NCBI GenBank assembly: GCA_965208835.1
Contig: OZ242358.1
Location: forward strand, 2,432,001 to 2,496,000
Reading direction: 5' to 3'
DNA length: 64,000 nucleotides
DNA from: Candidatus Latescibacterota bacterium
GTDB taxonomy: Bacteria > Latescibacterota > UBA2968 > GCA-2709665
Below, piece by piece: positions 1 to 9,703 of the stretch. The notes under the pieces are model-generated. The model did not search any database. It was given only the letters and a program-made list of their open reading frames with translations, and had not been told where the DNA came from. Both the position numbers and the translations under genes were made by a program. Numbering within the stretch: the first letter of the stretch is position 1; each line of letters begins with the position of its first letter.

Positions 1-1
1 C

Positions 2-2551
2 ATTGTACTGGCTGGGGCGGGGCGTTGCGGTCGCGAACGGGAGAACCCGGTCGATCCGAATTTTCCCGGCGGCGGAACACTGCAACCCCCCGGAAACATT
101 CGCGCGCAAGGAGACATCGGCCGAATTCTGTTGACATGGGACGCGGTGAATATCGATGAACTCGCGGGATACGGCGTGTGGCGCGCCGCATCGGCCACAG
201 GCGATTACACCCGGCTGCGCGGCGAGTCGAACGATGCGAATGTAACCACCGGCCGCACGGTCTTTGTCGATTCCACGATGGAGGTTTCTGCTTCCAGGGT
301 CTATTTTTACAGAGTTACCACCGTGGATGTCAACGGACAATCCAGCGACAGGTCCGCCTTCGTCAGCGCCGAGGTGCGCGAAGACAAGAGGCCGCCGGCT
401 CCTCCTGCGAATCTTTCCGCCGTCAGAGACGAAAACACCGGTCGCGTGGCGCTCTTCTGGGATGCGCCCAAGGTGGACGCAGACAACCAGGACCTGACCG
501 GGCTGGACGGTTACCGGGTATTCAGGGCGAAAGACTCCGAAGATGCCTATGTCCTGATTGCCACGGTTCCCGCCTCCCAGACGACGTATATGGATACAAC
601 GCAGGTGGATACGGACGTCAGGTATTTATACCAGGTTTCCGCAGTCGACAGGTTCGACAACGAAAGCGCGCGCTCCCGCTCCGTTTCGGTGAGTGCGGCG
701 GAGACCGGGATAGCACCGCCGGGCGGCTTGCGGACCGTGGGCAAAGTTGGCAAGATCGAATTGCATTGGAACCCGTCGAACGAAGATAACCTCCTGGGTT
801 ACCTGGTTTTAAGGTCGAAGTCCACCCAGGCGCCCTTTGAGCCGGTGTCGTCAGATGCTCCGTTTACCACCGCCCAGACCGTGTATATAGATACCGACGT
901 GCAGGTAGATGAGGTTTACTTTTACCGGGTTAAGACCGTCGTACAGGATCCCGAACGTGGCATTGTCGTGGGCGATGAGTCACCCTTTGTCGATGGCACG
1001 GCCGAAGTGGATGAATCGCCGCCGTCAGCGCCGTCAGACTTGAGCGTCAGCCTCGATGATGAGAATGCGGGGGTCGTATTGCTCAGTTGGGCGCCTCCCA
1101 CAAGAGATGCCGGCGGCGACGAGCTGACTGGACTTTCCCACTACCGGGTCTTCCGATCTAAAGAAACCGCCAGCTCGTTCGTGGAGATGGCGCAGATTCC
1201 CGGCGTGCAGACCACGTACCGCGACACGTCTGTGGAGCCGCTTACTCTGTATTATTACACCGTAAACGCAGTCGACTTCGAAGAAAACGGTGGACCGCGG
1301 TCGGCGCCCGTGTCCGTCAGCACGCCTGGTCTTGCCACCCCCACCCGGGTTGCGGCAATCGCCGGCGAGGCCAAAATCACACTGGCCTGGGCGCCAAACT
1401 CAGAGGCGCAGCTGAGCGGCTACGAAGTGTTGCGCTACAGCGACCCGCTGCAGCCAGACGTGTTCTCCACGTTCAGTACCCCGTGGCCGGCCTATGTGGA
1501 TTCGCCGCTCGTCGGGGGCAAGACCTATGCGTATCGTGTTCGTGCGTTGGGCTCGGGCGGGCTTAACAGCAGATTGTCGGATTTCGTGTTGGCGACCGCG
1601 CTGGACGACGACCTGGCGCCGGCGGCCCCTGAATTCCTGTACGTGAAATTGTCGGGCAATACGGATATCGAGTTGAGCTGGCGTGCGCCCACAACCGATG
1701 AGGACGGTTCGGAACAGACGGGCCTCCATCAGTATAGGATTTACAGGTCGGAAGGTTCCGGCTCGGCCGGGTATGAGTGGATTGCGACAGTCGACTCGAC
1801 CAGGCTGAGTTATCTGGACGAAGGTCTGGAGGCATCCACGATGTACAGTTACCAGGTGCGCGCTATAGACGGCGCCGGCAACGAAAGCGAGGCTTCCAGG
1901 CCGGTATCGCTGGAGACGGGCCCAGAGGTAGAAGATGAGCAGGCGCCCGGTCCGCCGGAGTTCCTGTATGCGGAACTATCGGGTAGTACGGCGATCCAGC
2001 TGTCCTGGCGCGCTTCCACAACCGACGAGGACGGTACGCAACAGACGGGCCTTTCCCATTTCAGGATCTACCGGTCGGGGGGCACGGGATCGGCCGGGTT
2101 CTCATTGATTGCTACGGTAGACTCCACAAACCTGAAATACCGCGATTCGGGTCTGGAAACTTCCACGACTTACGTCTACCAGGTTCGCGCCGTCGATGCC
2201 CGCGAAAACGAGAGTGAGCCTTCGAATGCGGTGTCGCTGACGACCGGCGCCAGAAGACTGTTGCCGAGGCCCACAAACGTCGCAGCGGTTGTACGGGAGC
2301 TGGAGGATGAGAGCCTTGCCGTCGTCGTCACCTGGCGGGCGCCGTCGGGCATTTCCAGTTTTGGGGTTTATCGGCAAACGGCGGGCGCTTCTTCTAGCAA
2401 CCGGTTTGAAACCGTGGCATTCAGGTTGTCGAGCACGAGGTACATCGATACGGACGTCGTATCGGGCAACACCTATATCTATTACGTCTTGTCTCTTGAC
2501 GGTTCGGCACTCAGCGATCCGTCGGAGAAGGTGGTTGTAGCCGTACCGTAG
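2..2551 (+). CDS. Multi-fibronectin type III repeat surface protein, probable lipoprotein; 5' end lies outside the window
   Basis: Frame is open from base 2 (IVLAGAGRCGRERENPVDP..., a Cys after a hydrophobic stretch). About 8 FN3-like units with W..P, Y.VYR and YxYxVxAVD motifs. Confidence 0.85.
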   Translation: MVLAGAGRCGRERENPVDPNFPGGGTLQPPGNIRAQGDIGRILLTWDAVNIDELAGYGVWRAASATGDYTRLRGESNDANVTTGRTVFVDSTMEVSASRVYFYRVTTVDVNGQSSDRSAFVSAEVREDKRPPAPPANLSAVRDENTGRVALFWDAPKVDADNQDLTGLDGYRVFRAKDSEDAYVLIATVPASQTTYMDTTQVDTDVRYLYQVSAVDRFDNESARSRSVSVSAAETGIAPPGGLRTVGKVGKIELHWNPSNEDNLLGYLVLRSKSTQAPFEPVSSDAPFTTAQTVYIDTDVQVDEVYFYRVKTVVQDPERGIVVGDESPFVDGTAEVDESPPSAPSDLSVSLDDENAGVVLLSWAPPTRDAGGDELTGLSHYRVFRSKETASSFVEMAQIPGVQTTYRDTSVEPLTLYYYTVNAVDFEENGGPRSAPVSVSTPGLATPTRVAAIAGEAKITLAWAPNSEAQLSGYEVLRYSDPLQPDVFSTFSTPWPAYVDSPLVGGKTYAYRVRALGSGGLNSRLSDFVLATALDDDLAPAAPEFLYVKLSGNTDIELSWRAPTTDEDGSEQTGLHQYRIYRSEGSGSAGYEWIATVDSTRLSYLDEGLEASTMYSYQVRAIDGAGNESEASRPVSLETGPEVEDEQAPGPPEFLYAELSGSTAIQLSWRASTTDEDGTQQTGLSHFRIYRSGGTGSAGFSLIATVDSTNLKYRDSGLETSTTYVYQVRAVDARENESEPSNAVSLTTGARRLLPRPTNVAAVVRELEDESLAVVVTWRAPSGISSFGVYRQTAGASSSNRFETVAFRLSSTRYIDTDVVSGNTYIYYVLSLDGSALSDPSEKVVVAVP

Positions 2552-3102
2552 TCTAACCGACCGATCGTGCAATTGGCAGGCAGCAGAGTGCCGTTTCGTC
2601 CGGCGCTCTGCTGTTTTTCTTTTGGCGATGCCGATGGAACAGGGCATCGGATGTCCGGTTTCTGTTACGGATACGGAAATCGGCCGATGCGCCGCTCAAC
2701 TCTGATTGTGTGTACACCGTGTCGGTCCCAATCCTTGCCACGAGCACGTCACCTAAAAGTGTCGATGGGCTGACGAGTTGCTCCGGGTGAACATAAACAT
2801 CCGTACACTGTGACGAACGCGGCAAAAGCCGTTTGCAACATGCCAACCGTTGAAGGCACTTCAAGGATCTTCTTCGCGCGATCTGACGCACGGTACGTGA
2901 CGATCGAAACGTCGTCTGCCATGATTTACACGACATCCATCCGCGAACGGCGGCTCCTCCAGCCAGAGATTCAGGCACGCTTGTCCCTGTAAACTCGGGA
3001 TTTGCAGTATTTCCTTTCACAGGATTGTCGCTCCGGTACGTCTCATGCATAGCCACCAGGAGTTCGTCGGTTGTGTACGGGTCACGAAACGGAGGATGGT
3101 CT

Positions 3103-4422
3103 ATGCAGCGCGTGCTTCTGGTGGACGGCGACAGTCGATTCCGGAGGGAGATGAAGGACCGATTGACGCGGCGCGGGGTGAGTGTCGCGTGTGCGGGAAC
3201 CGCCCGTGAAGGATTGAGACTCTACAGGCGCGGTCGCCCCGCATGTGTTTTCGCCGAGGCTGAACCCCAGGACGGGGGCGGTTTTCCGGTACTCGAGGAG
3301 GCGCACCGCCACACCCCGGTGGTCGTGGTGAGTGAGGGATTCTCTCCCGATCAGGTTTATTCGGCAATCTCGGGTGGTGCTTTCGACTGTCTGACCAAAC
3401 CGGTGGATGATCCCACCCTGGACGGATTGTTGCATCGCTTGCGCAGGGAGCGAAAGACCCCGGTAGAAGCGTGCCCGCTCGAACACGTCCCGCACGTCGG
3501 CGGCGAGATGATTGTAGGACGTTCCCAGAAGATGGTCGAGGCGCTTAAGACGATTGCAGCTGTCGCCGGCACTTCGGCAACGGTACTGATTTGTGGAGAA
3601 AGCGGCACTGGAAAGGAGTTGATGGCCAGGGAAATCCATCGTGCGTCGCGAAGACCCGGGGCGTTCGTGGCCCTCAACTGTGTGGCGGTTATGGAGACCC
3701 TCACGGAAAGCGAATTGTTCGGGCACGAACGGGGCGCCTTTACGGGAGCGGCTGGGCGGCGCGCGGGATGTTTTGAGCAGGCCAGCCACGGTACGCTTTT
3801 CCTGGATGAGATCGGCGATGCGCTTCCTGGTTTTCAGGCCAAGCTGCTGCGTGTGCTGGACCAGGTCGAATTCCGTCGTGTGGGCGGCCAGGAAACGATC
3901 CGACCGGATGTACGGGTGGTCGCGGCCACGAATGCCGAATTGGAGAGTCTGGTGGCGAAAGGGACGTTCAGGGCGGATCTCTATTACCGGCTGAGCGAGG
4001 TAACCGTCCTGCTGCCGCCACTTCGCGACCGCCTTGCGGACATACCCTTGCTTGCGCGGCGCACTCTGAGCGAGGTCCGGCACCGTACCGGCCGGAGCCT
4101 GGGGGGCATCTCTCAGGAAGCCATGCACAGGCTGATGGTCCATCCGTGGCCGGGTAACGTCCGGGAATTGCAGAATGTTCTGGTGAGGGCGGCGCTCCAT
4201 TGCCGGGGGCGTACGATCCAGTGTAATCACCTGAAGGGTCTGATCTCGGATGAATCGCCCGATTCCGAAGAACCGTTGACCCTCTCTGATGTGGAACGCC
4301 GGCATATTGAGCAGGTCCTGAATGCGACGGGCTGGAACCGGGGCATGGCTTGCGAGATCCTGGGCGTGTCGCGGCCGACGCTCCGAAGAAAGATCAGGGA
4401 CTATGGACTTCTCGGTGGATGA
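3103..4422 (+). CDS. Sigma-54-dependent NtrC-family enhancer-binding protein (receiver-like + AAA+ + Fis HTH)
   Basis: GESGTGKE Walker A, ESELFGHERGAFTGA, LFLDEIG, WPGNVREL and a C-terminal HTH. GGAGGA RBS at 3091 precedes ATG 3103. Confidence 0.92.
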   Translation: MQRVLLVDGDSRFRREMKDRLTRRGVSVACAGTAREGLRLYRRGRPACVFAEAEPQDGGGFPVLEEAHRHTPVVVVSEGFSPDQVYSAISGGAFDCLTKPVDDPTLDGLLHRLRRERKTPVEACPLEHVPHVGGEMIVGRSQKMVEALKTIAAVAGTSATVLICGESGTGKELMAREIHRASRRPGAFVALNCVAVMETLTESELFGHERGAFTGAAGRRAGCFEQASHGTLFLDEIGDALPGFQAKLLRVLDQVEFRRVGGQETIRPDVRVVAATNAELESLVAKGTFRADLYYRLSEVTVLLPPLRDRLADIPLLARRTLSEVRHRTGRSLGGISQEAMHRLMVHPWPGNVRELQNVLVRAALHCRGRTIQCNHLKGLISDESPDSEEPLTLSDVERRHIEQVLNATGWNRGMACEILGVSRPTLRRKIRDYGLLGG

Positions 4423-4482
4423 GGGCGACGTTCCGGCGTAATGCATGGTCAGTGCTCCGCTGGCCAGAACACGCGCCGGTGC

Positions 4483-4511
4483 TTGACTTCGTGCAGGCTG
4501 GTGTGTATGAT
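4483..4511 (+). promoter_or_regulatory. Sigma-70-type promoter for thrC
   Basis: TTGACT-17 bp-TATGAT with a TG extended -10, about 60 bp upstream of ATG 4575. Confidence 0.6.
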
Positions 4512-4574
4512 ATGTCCGTTTCGACGCGTCGTATCGGCCTACGAATGCCCGGGTGCCCCCTCGCAGGAGGATGG

Positions 4575-5765
4575 ATGGGATATCTGGTTGACCTGATATG
4601 TACCCGCTGTGACCGAAGTCACGATAAACAGAGGCTCTGGAATCTGAGTGCCTGCTGCGAGGCGCCGCTCTTCGCCAGGTACGATCTGGAAAGTGCGTCG
4701 CGATCCGTCGACAGAGCAGATTTGCCGGGACGGGAGGCGACGATGTGGCGATACGAGGAAGTCCTGCCCGTCGAACGGGCGGCGTACCGGGTGAGCCTGG
4801 GTGAGGGATTCACGCCTCTTCTGCGGGTCGATGCGCTGGGGAGGCGGTTAGGCGTGCCCATCCTCTACGTAAAGGACGAGGGGGTCAATCCCACAGGATC
4901 TTTCAAGGCGCGCGGATTGTCGGCGGCAGTATCCAGGGCGGTGGAGCTGGGGGCGGTTGCCGTGGCCATCCCGTCGGCGGGGAATGCGGGCGGGGCAACG
5001 GCGGCTTACGCGGCGCGGGCGGGGCTGACTGCACATATATTCATGCCGGCGGATGCCCCGGAGGCAAACATGGTGGAGTGCCGGCAACTGGGTGCGCACC
5101 TGACGCTTGTGGACGGTCTGATTACGGATTGCGGGAGGCTGGTGGCCGATCGAAAGGCCGCAGAGGGCTGGTTCGACGTTTCAACGCTCAAGGAGCCGTA
5201 CCGGGTAGAGGGGAAGAAGACAATGGGATACGAGCTCGCCGAGCAGTTGGGTTGGGTGTTGCCGGATGTCGTACTGTATCCCACGGGAGGCGGTACGGGC
5301 CTGATTGGCATGTGGAAGGCATTCGACGAAATGGAAGCAATGGGATGGATCGGCTCCGCGCGTCCCCGGATGGTGGCCGTACAGGCAGCGGGCTGTGCGC
5401 CTATCGTCAGGGCATTTGAAACGGGCGCGGAATCGGCCGGCTTCTGGGAAGGCGCGGAAACCGTTGCGTCGGGCCTCCGGGTGCCCGGTGCCGTAGGTGA
5501 CTTTCTAATGCTAAATGCCATCCGTGAAAGCCGCGGCACGGCGGTCGCTGTCACCGATGGGGCCCTGTTGGCATGCGTCGATGAGATGGCTTCCGCGACT
5601 GGCATTTTTCCGGCGCCCGAAGGCGCGGCGACGCTTGCCGGTCTCAAGAAACTCATCGAGGACGGGTGGATCTCTTCCGAGGACCGGGTCGTGTTGTTCA
5701 ATACCGGTACCGGGTTGAAATACATCGAGACGATGGCAGCGGCAGGCCGCGCCGACGACAGGTGA
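4575..5765 (+). CDS. thrC: Threonine synthase
   Basis: SLGEGFTPL, NPTGSFKARG (PLP Lys), SAGNAG, EGKKTMG, PTGGGTG, N-terminal Cys cluster. GGAGG RBS before ATG 4575. Confidence 0.9.
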   Translation: MGYLVDLICTRCDRSHDKQRLWNLSACCEAPLFARYDLESASRSVDRADLPGREATMWRYEEVLPVERAAYRVSLGEGFTPLLRVDALGRRLGVPILYVKDEGVNPTGSFKARGLSAAVSRAVELGAVAVAIPSAGNAGGATAAYAARAGLTAHIFMPADAPEANMVECRQLGAHLTLVDGLITDCGRLVADRKAAEGWFDVSTLKEPYRVEGKKTMGYELAEQLGWVLPDVVLYPTGGGTGLIGMWKAFDEMEAMGWIGSARPRMVAVQAAGCAPIVRAFETGAESAGFWEGAETVASGLRVPGAVGDFLMLNAIRESRGTAVAVTDGALLACVDEMASATGIFPAPEGAATLAGLKKLIEDGWISSEDRVVLFNTGTGLKYIETMAAAGRADDR

Positions 5766-5865
5766 ACCGTTTGCCAGGGTGCGCTCCCTGCCGGCATTTC
5801 ACAGTCGCGTCGACGGTGAGTCGCTGCAGGTTGGCGCCAATGACCCCCTACATGCTGGAGGGTCG

Positions 5866-6063
5866 TTTGCCTCAATGCCAAAAGAACAGCAACGCGGCGA
5901 CGCGATAAGACCCTCCGAAAAGGGGCGCTATCGACGTATAGAGGGACGTTTTTTCTTTCACGTCCAGTGACTTGGTGTATCCTGGTAATCCGCCGTCTAA
6001 TCGCCTTTATTTACAAGCACATATTCGAACTAACGTACCCGAAGACTTGCGAATCAGGGTTAA
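5866..6063 (+). mobile_element. MITE-like dispersed repeat, family 1, copy A
   Basis: Core TGGTGTATCCTGGTAATCCGCxGTCTAATCGCC...CGAATC..GGTTAA is shared with 33676-33874 (reverse strand) and 42950-43041. Left end is degenerate. Confidence 0.7.
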
Positions 6064-6090
6064 CCGTGCACGAAAGGAGGTGTCCGGCGG

Positions 6091-6480
6091 ATGAAGAGGC
6101 GCGAGATCGGGAAGTTCCAGAGTTTCGTTCTTGAGGAAGAGGATACGGTCGTGGTGATGGGTAACCTGAAAGCCCACGCGGATTTCCTCACGGGACTCGG
6201 GTTCAGCCGTCACCCGGATACGGGCGAGTACGTTGGCACCGGCGCCAATCTCTACGCAATGGCTCCAGACGATTTCTACGATCGATTCAGTGCGCGTACC
6301 GGCGCGGATCCGGAACTGACCGCTCAGGCTCACGACGGTGAGGATTTCTATCAGATCGACGGACTGCCGCTGGCCGCGGTAGATGTCAATGGCAATCCCT
6401 ACATCGAAGGAATTACTGCCGTGGACATTGAGACCCGGGTCTATATTGAACAGGGCGTCGCGAACTTCAGGGTTGGCTGA
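6091..6480 (+). CDS. Hypothetical acidic protein, 129 aa
   Basis: Strong AAGGAGG RBS, ATG start, protein-like composition. No family recognised. Confidence 0.75.
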   Translation: MKRREIGKFQSFVLEEEDTVVVMGNLKAHADFLTGLGFSRHPDTGEYVGTGANLYAMAPDDFYDRFSARTGADPELTAQAHDGEDFYQIDGLPLAAVDVNGNPYIEGITAVDIETRVYIEQGVANFRVG

Positions 6481-6494
6481 ACCGCCCGGACGGG

Positions 6495-7820
6495 TTATGC
6501 GTTGAGGTATTCGAGAGTATGTGCCGCCGCCCGATAGCCGCTTTCCACGGCACTTTCTACCGTGGCGGGGAGGCCGGTGTCGGTCCAGTCTCCTGCAACA
6601 TAAAGTCCGGGCGCTGCCGTGCGATTCGGTGGGGGAGAATGACCCTTTGGTAGCGCGAATGTTGCATGTCGTTCCCGCACAACGAGATGGTGCTCCAGAG
6701 GTATGTTGCTGGTTTCGGGCAGGAACTTATGCAGATCACCCAGCGCAATCTCCACGAGTCGTTCGTCAGGCTGGTCCACCAGCCTTCCGGCGGCGCTGGC
6801 AACGAGGGTTACGTGCCCCGGCGACGCTTTGTCGCGACCGTTGTAGAGCATCGGCTTGTTGAATATCCAGTCCATACGTCCCGTGAGAAGGCCGGCGAAA
6901 GGCATGTTGAGTACGGGCGCTCTGAACCATAGGTTAACGGAAAGGATCGGGGAAGGATAGAAGGACTTCAAACGAACCTTGAGATCTTCGAGCCCCTCCG
7001 GCAACAGGCGAGACAGCGCGGGTGGTGTGATGGCGCAGATGGCGGCATCGGCCGTCACAGCCGGCCCCGACTTCAGCCGGATCCGTATCCGGCCGTCTTC
7101 GGCAACGCGCAGTTCAGTGGCCGCCTCGCCAACGTGGCACGCACCTCCGTGCCTGTGGATGAAGCGCCTTGCCGCGTCGGTGTACATCGCGCTGAGCCCG
7201 ACGCCGGGATAGCCCATCAGGGTTGAATCGGAGCGGCCGAGAAACGCAAGCTTCAGGACGGAAGCCAGGTGGCTGGCCGGGGCGGCATCGGGATGCTGGT
7301 TCAGCGCGGAGATGCAGAGCGGGTCCCAGAACGCCTTCCGGATGGCTGGAGATTGCCTGCATTCCTCCAGCCATTCGTTAACCGTTACCCAGGACTGCAA
7401 CGGTGTCGCCAGAGCCGTCCTGACCCGCCGTAGCCGAACGACGTCCCTCAGGCTGACAGGTCCGTAACGCATGAATCCGGCAAGCAGATTGAGGGGAGGC
7501 GGCAGCAATCGGGGAAACTTGAGGGCGGTATGGCCCAGCCCGGGGCGCAGGAAGTCCAGCCGGAACTCTTCCTGAAACCGCAGGCGGTCTCCTGTACCGA
7601 TGGTTTCCAGAAATTTCCTGGTCTGGAGATAACATTTCATGAAGAGGTGCTGGCCGTTGTCTACTGTATCGCCTGTTGCTCGATCGGTAAATGAATAGGC
7701 TCGCCCACCCAGGTGTTTCCTGCGCTCAAACAGGTTGACGACGCAGGTTCCCCGTTCCGCAAGGCGAACTCCCGCGGCGAGACCCGCAAACCCGCCGCCG
7801 ATAATAACGATACGAATCAC
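6495..7820 (-). CDS. hpnE: Hydroxysqualene dehydroxylase (FAD-dependent)
   Basis: GGGFAGLAAG dinucleotide motif, LGGRAYSF, DNGQHL, AGDWTDTGLPATVESAVESG. Follows hpnC and hpnD. Confidence 0.9.
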   Translation of the reverse strand: MIRIVIIGGGFAGLAAGVRLAERGTCVVNLFERRKHLGGRAYSFTDRATGDTVDNGQHLFMKCYLQTRKFLETIGTGDRLRFQEEFRLDFLRPGLGHTALKFPRLLPPPLNLLAGFMRYGPVSLRDVVRLRRVRTALATPLQSWVTVNEWLEECRQSPAIRKAFWDPLCISALNQHPDAAPASHLASVLKLAFLGRSDSTLMGYPGVGLSAMYTDAARRFIHRHGGACHVGEAATELRVAEDGRIRIRLKSGPAVTADAAICAITPPALSRLLPEGLEDLKVRLKSFYPSPILSVNLWFRAPVLNMPFAGLLTGRMDWIFNKPMLYNGRDKASPGHVTLVASAAGRLVDQPDERLVEIALGDLHKFLPETSNIPLEHHLVVRERHATFALPKGHSPPPNRTAAPGLYVAGDWTDTGLPATVESAVESGYRAAAHTLEYLNA

Positions 7821-8677
7821 GGCGATTTCTCCCGTATGCCAATCCGGTTGCGAAGGCAGAGTTCAAGCGCGATGCCCAGTTTTTTCAGGTTGTTCACGCG
7901 AATCGGATGTTGGTACACGTTGTAATTTAGGGCTTCGATACGGCTGAGAAGACGGCTGTAGATGCAACCCATGATTTCGGCCGGAAAGAGGCTCTGGCGA
8001 TCCTCTCTTGGCAGGCACTGCGCCGCTTTTTTGTAGAAGCTCCACGCCCGTCCGCATTGGAATTGCATCAGGTTCCTGAAACGGGTTGTGGTGATCCCGT
8101 CGAAGAGGTCTCTTTCAGTGTAATTGAACCGTCTCAAGTCTTCCAGTGGAAGGTAGATGCGGTCTCTCATTGCGTCGGACTTGATATCGCGGAGGATGTT
8201 CGTGAGTTGCAATGCAATGCCAAGGTTGACGGCGTAATCCCGGGATGCCCGCCTGGTGTAGCCGAAGATCTCGATGCATATCAGGCCGACTACGGAGGCG
8301 ACACGGTAACAATATTCGTATAGATCGCCGAAGGTCTGATAGCGATTCTTGACAAGGTCCATCTCCACGCCGTCAATCAACTTGAGAAAGTGTTCTTTCG
8401 GGATCCTGAAGCGCTTCAGGGCTTTGTGCAGGTTGGCGGTAATCGGGTGTTGCGGCCTGCCGTCGAAACACGCGTGGGTTTCGGCCCGCCACTTCGCGAG
8501 GTTCCGGACGGCGGCTTCACGCGATGACGCGTCGTCGACCAGGTCGTCGGTGTGGCGGCTGAAGGCGTACGTGGCGAAAATCGCTTCTCGCTTTGGCCGG
8601 GGCAGAAAGACGAATGCGTAATAGAAGTTGCTGCGCGCATTGCGCACGAGTGCCGCGGTGTAAGATTTGATGTTCAT
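7817..8677 (-). CDS. hpnD: Presqualene diphosphate synthase
   Basis: SNFYYAF, DDLVDD, YCYRVASVVG, LQLTNILRD, RIYLP. 4-bp overlaps with both neighbours. Confidence 0.88.
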   Translation of the reverse strand: MNIKSYTAALVRNARSNFYYAFVFLPRPKREAIFATYAFSRHTDDLVDDASSREAAVRNLAKWRAETHACFDGRPQHPITANLHKALKRFRIPKEHFLKLIDGVEMDLVKNRYQTFGDLYEYCYRVASVVGLICIEIFGYTRRASRDYAVNLGIALQLTNILRDIKSDAMRDRIYLPLEDLRRFNYTERDLFDGITTTRFRNLMQFQCGRAWSFYKKAAQCLPREDRQSLFPAEIMGCIYSRLLSRIEALNYNVYQHPIRVNNLKKLGIALELCLRNRIGIREKSP

Positions 8678-9603
8678 AGGGTTGGGAAACGGGATTCCTT
8701 GCAGGCACGCGGGTGCCGGAAGAGGGCGTTGAGGAACAGGCCTGGAATATCCCGTTTTTCAATCTTCGGGCGACAACTGAAGACGTCGTATCCGTTGGTA
8801 TGGATCTTGTCGAGGATTCGCATCCCGCCCAGCCAGGTAAGCCGTAGTTCGTATTTGAGTCGGCCGGAGACCAGGTCCGGCAGTTCGGCACCCTTCTGGA
8901 AAAGCAGCCTCGTGCGTTCGATCTGGCAACCCAACAATGCCCTGAAGCCGTTGGTGGGCCGGCCTTTCGCCAGGTCGTCTTCGGTAACGCAGAAACGTTC
9001 CATATCGTCCCGAGGCAGGTAGATGCGACCCCTGGAGAAGTCAATAGCAATGTCCTGCCAGAAGTTGGCCAGTTGAAGTGCCGTACAGATCAGATCGGCA
9101 AGATATCTACGGCGCGCGTCCGTGTAGGAAAAGAGGTGCAGAATGAGGCGTCCCACCGGCGCTGCGGAGTACCGGCAGTAGGACAGCAGGTGGTTGAATG
9201 TCCCATGCCGGTGCGTGACCACGTCCATTTTGAATGCGTGGAGTAGATCGTGCAGGTGTCGGCGGGGAAGTTGCTGTGATCGGATCGTCTCGGCGAGAGC
9301 GGTCAGTATGGGGCCTTCAGGCGCAACCGTGCAGGAGGCGATTTTCGCATCCCATTCATCCAGCCTCCGCGTGCGTTCGGTCGGAGCCAGGCCGGGTTCA
9401 TCGGCCAGGTCGTCGGCAGTACGCGCGAAGGCATAGATGCTGTACACGTGGGGCCGTATACTGGCGGGAATCAGACGGGAACCCACGGGGAAGTTTTCGT
9501 AGTGCCTGCGGGTTAGGGCTTCGCAATAGGCGAACGCGTCATCAAGCGACGTGGCCGCGGACATCGAGGATGACACGACGGCCGGATTTGCGAGCGTTTC
9601 CAT
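8674..9603 (-). CDS. hpnC: Squalene synthase-like hydroxysqualene synthase
   Basis: HYENFPVGS, YAFARTADDLADE, LQLANFWQD signature motifs. Confidence 0.92.
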   Translation of the reverse strand: METLANPAVVSSSMSAATSLDDAFAYCEALTRRHYENFPVGSRLIPASIRPHVYSIYAFARTADDLADEPGLAPTERTRRLDEWDAKIASCTVAPEGPILTALAETIRSQQLPRRHLHDLLHAFKMDVVTHRHGTFNHLLSYCRYSAAPVGRLILHLFSYTDARRRYLADLICTALQLANFWQDIAIDFSRGRIYLPRDDMERFCVTEDDLAKGRPTNGFRALLGCQIERTRLLFQKGAELPDLVSGRLKYELRLTWLGGMRILDKIHTNGYDVFSCRPKIEKRDIPGLFLNALFRHPRACKESRFPTL

Positions 9604-9703
9604 ACCTATAAGATAATTGATAATATTCGAATCCGCCAGAAATAGGCGCCCGACGGACAGAGATCGAGTTCGAGTTCACGTTTTCTCACGAGGCGATATA
9701 CAG

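Noticed and set aside
2552-3102. 550-bp intergenic region checked for a sigma-54 promoter, riboswitch or small gene
   Set aside because: The TGGCA sites I checked lack a correctly spaced TTGC, I recognised no RNA motif, and the small ORFs have no RBS or motif support.
6495-9603. hpnCDE without squalene-hopene cyclase as a novel pathway
   Set aside because: This is a well-described three-gene squalene route, and shc is often encoded elsewhere. It cannot be judged from this window.
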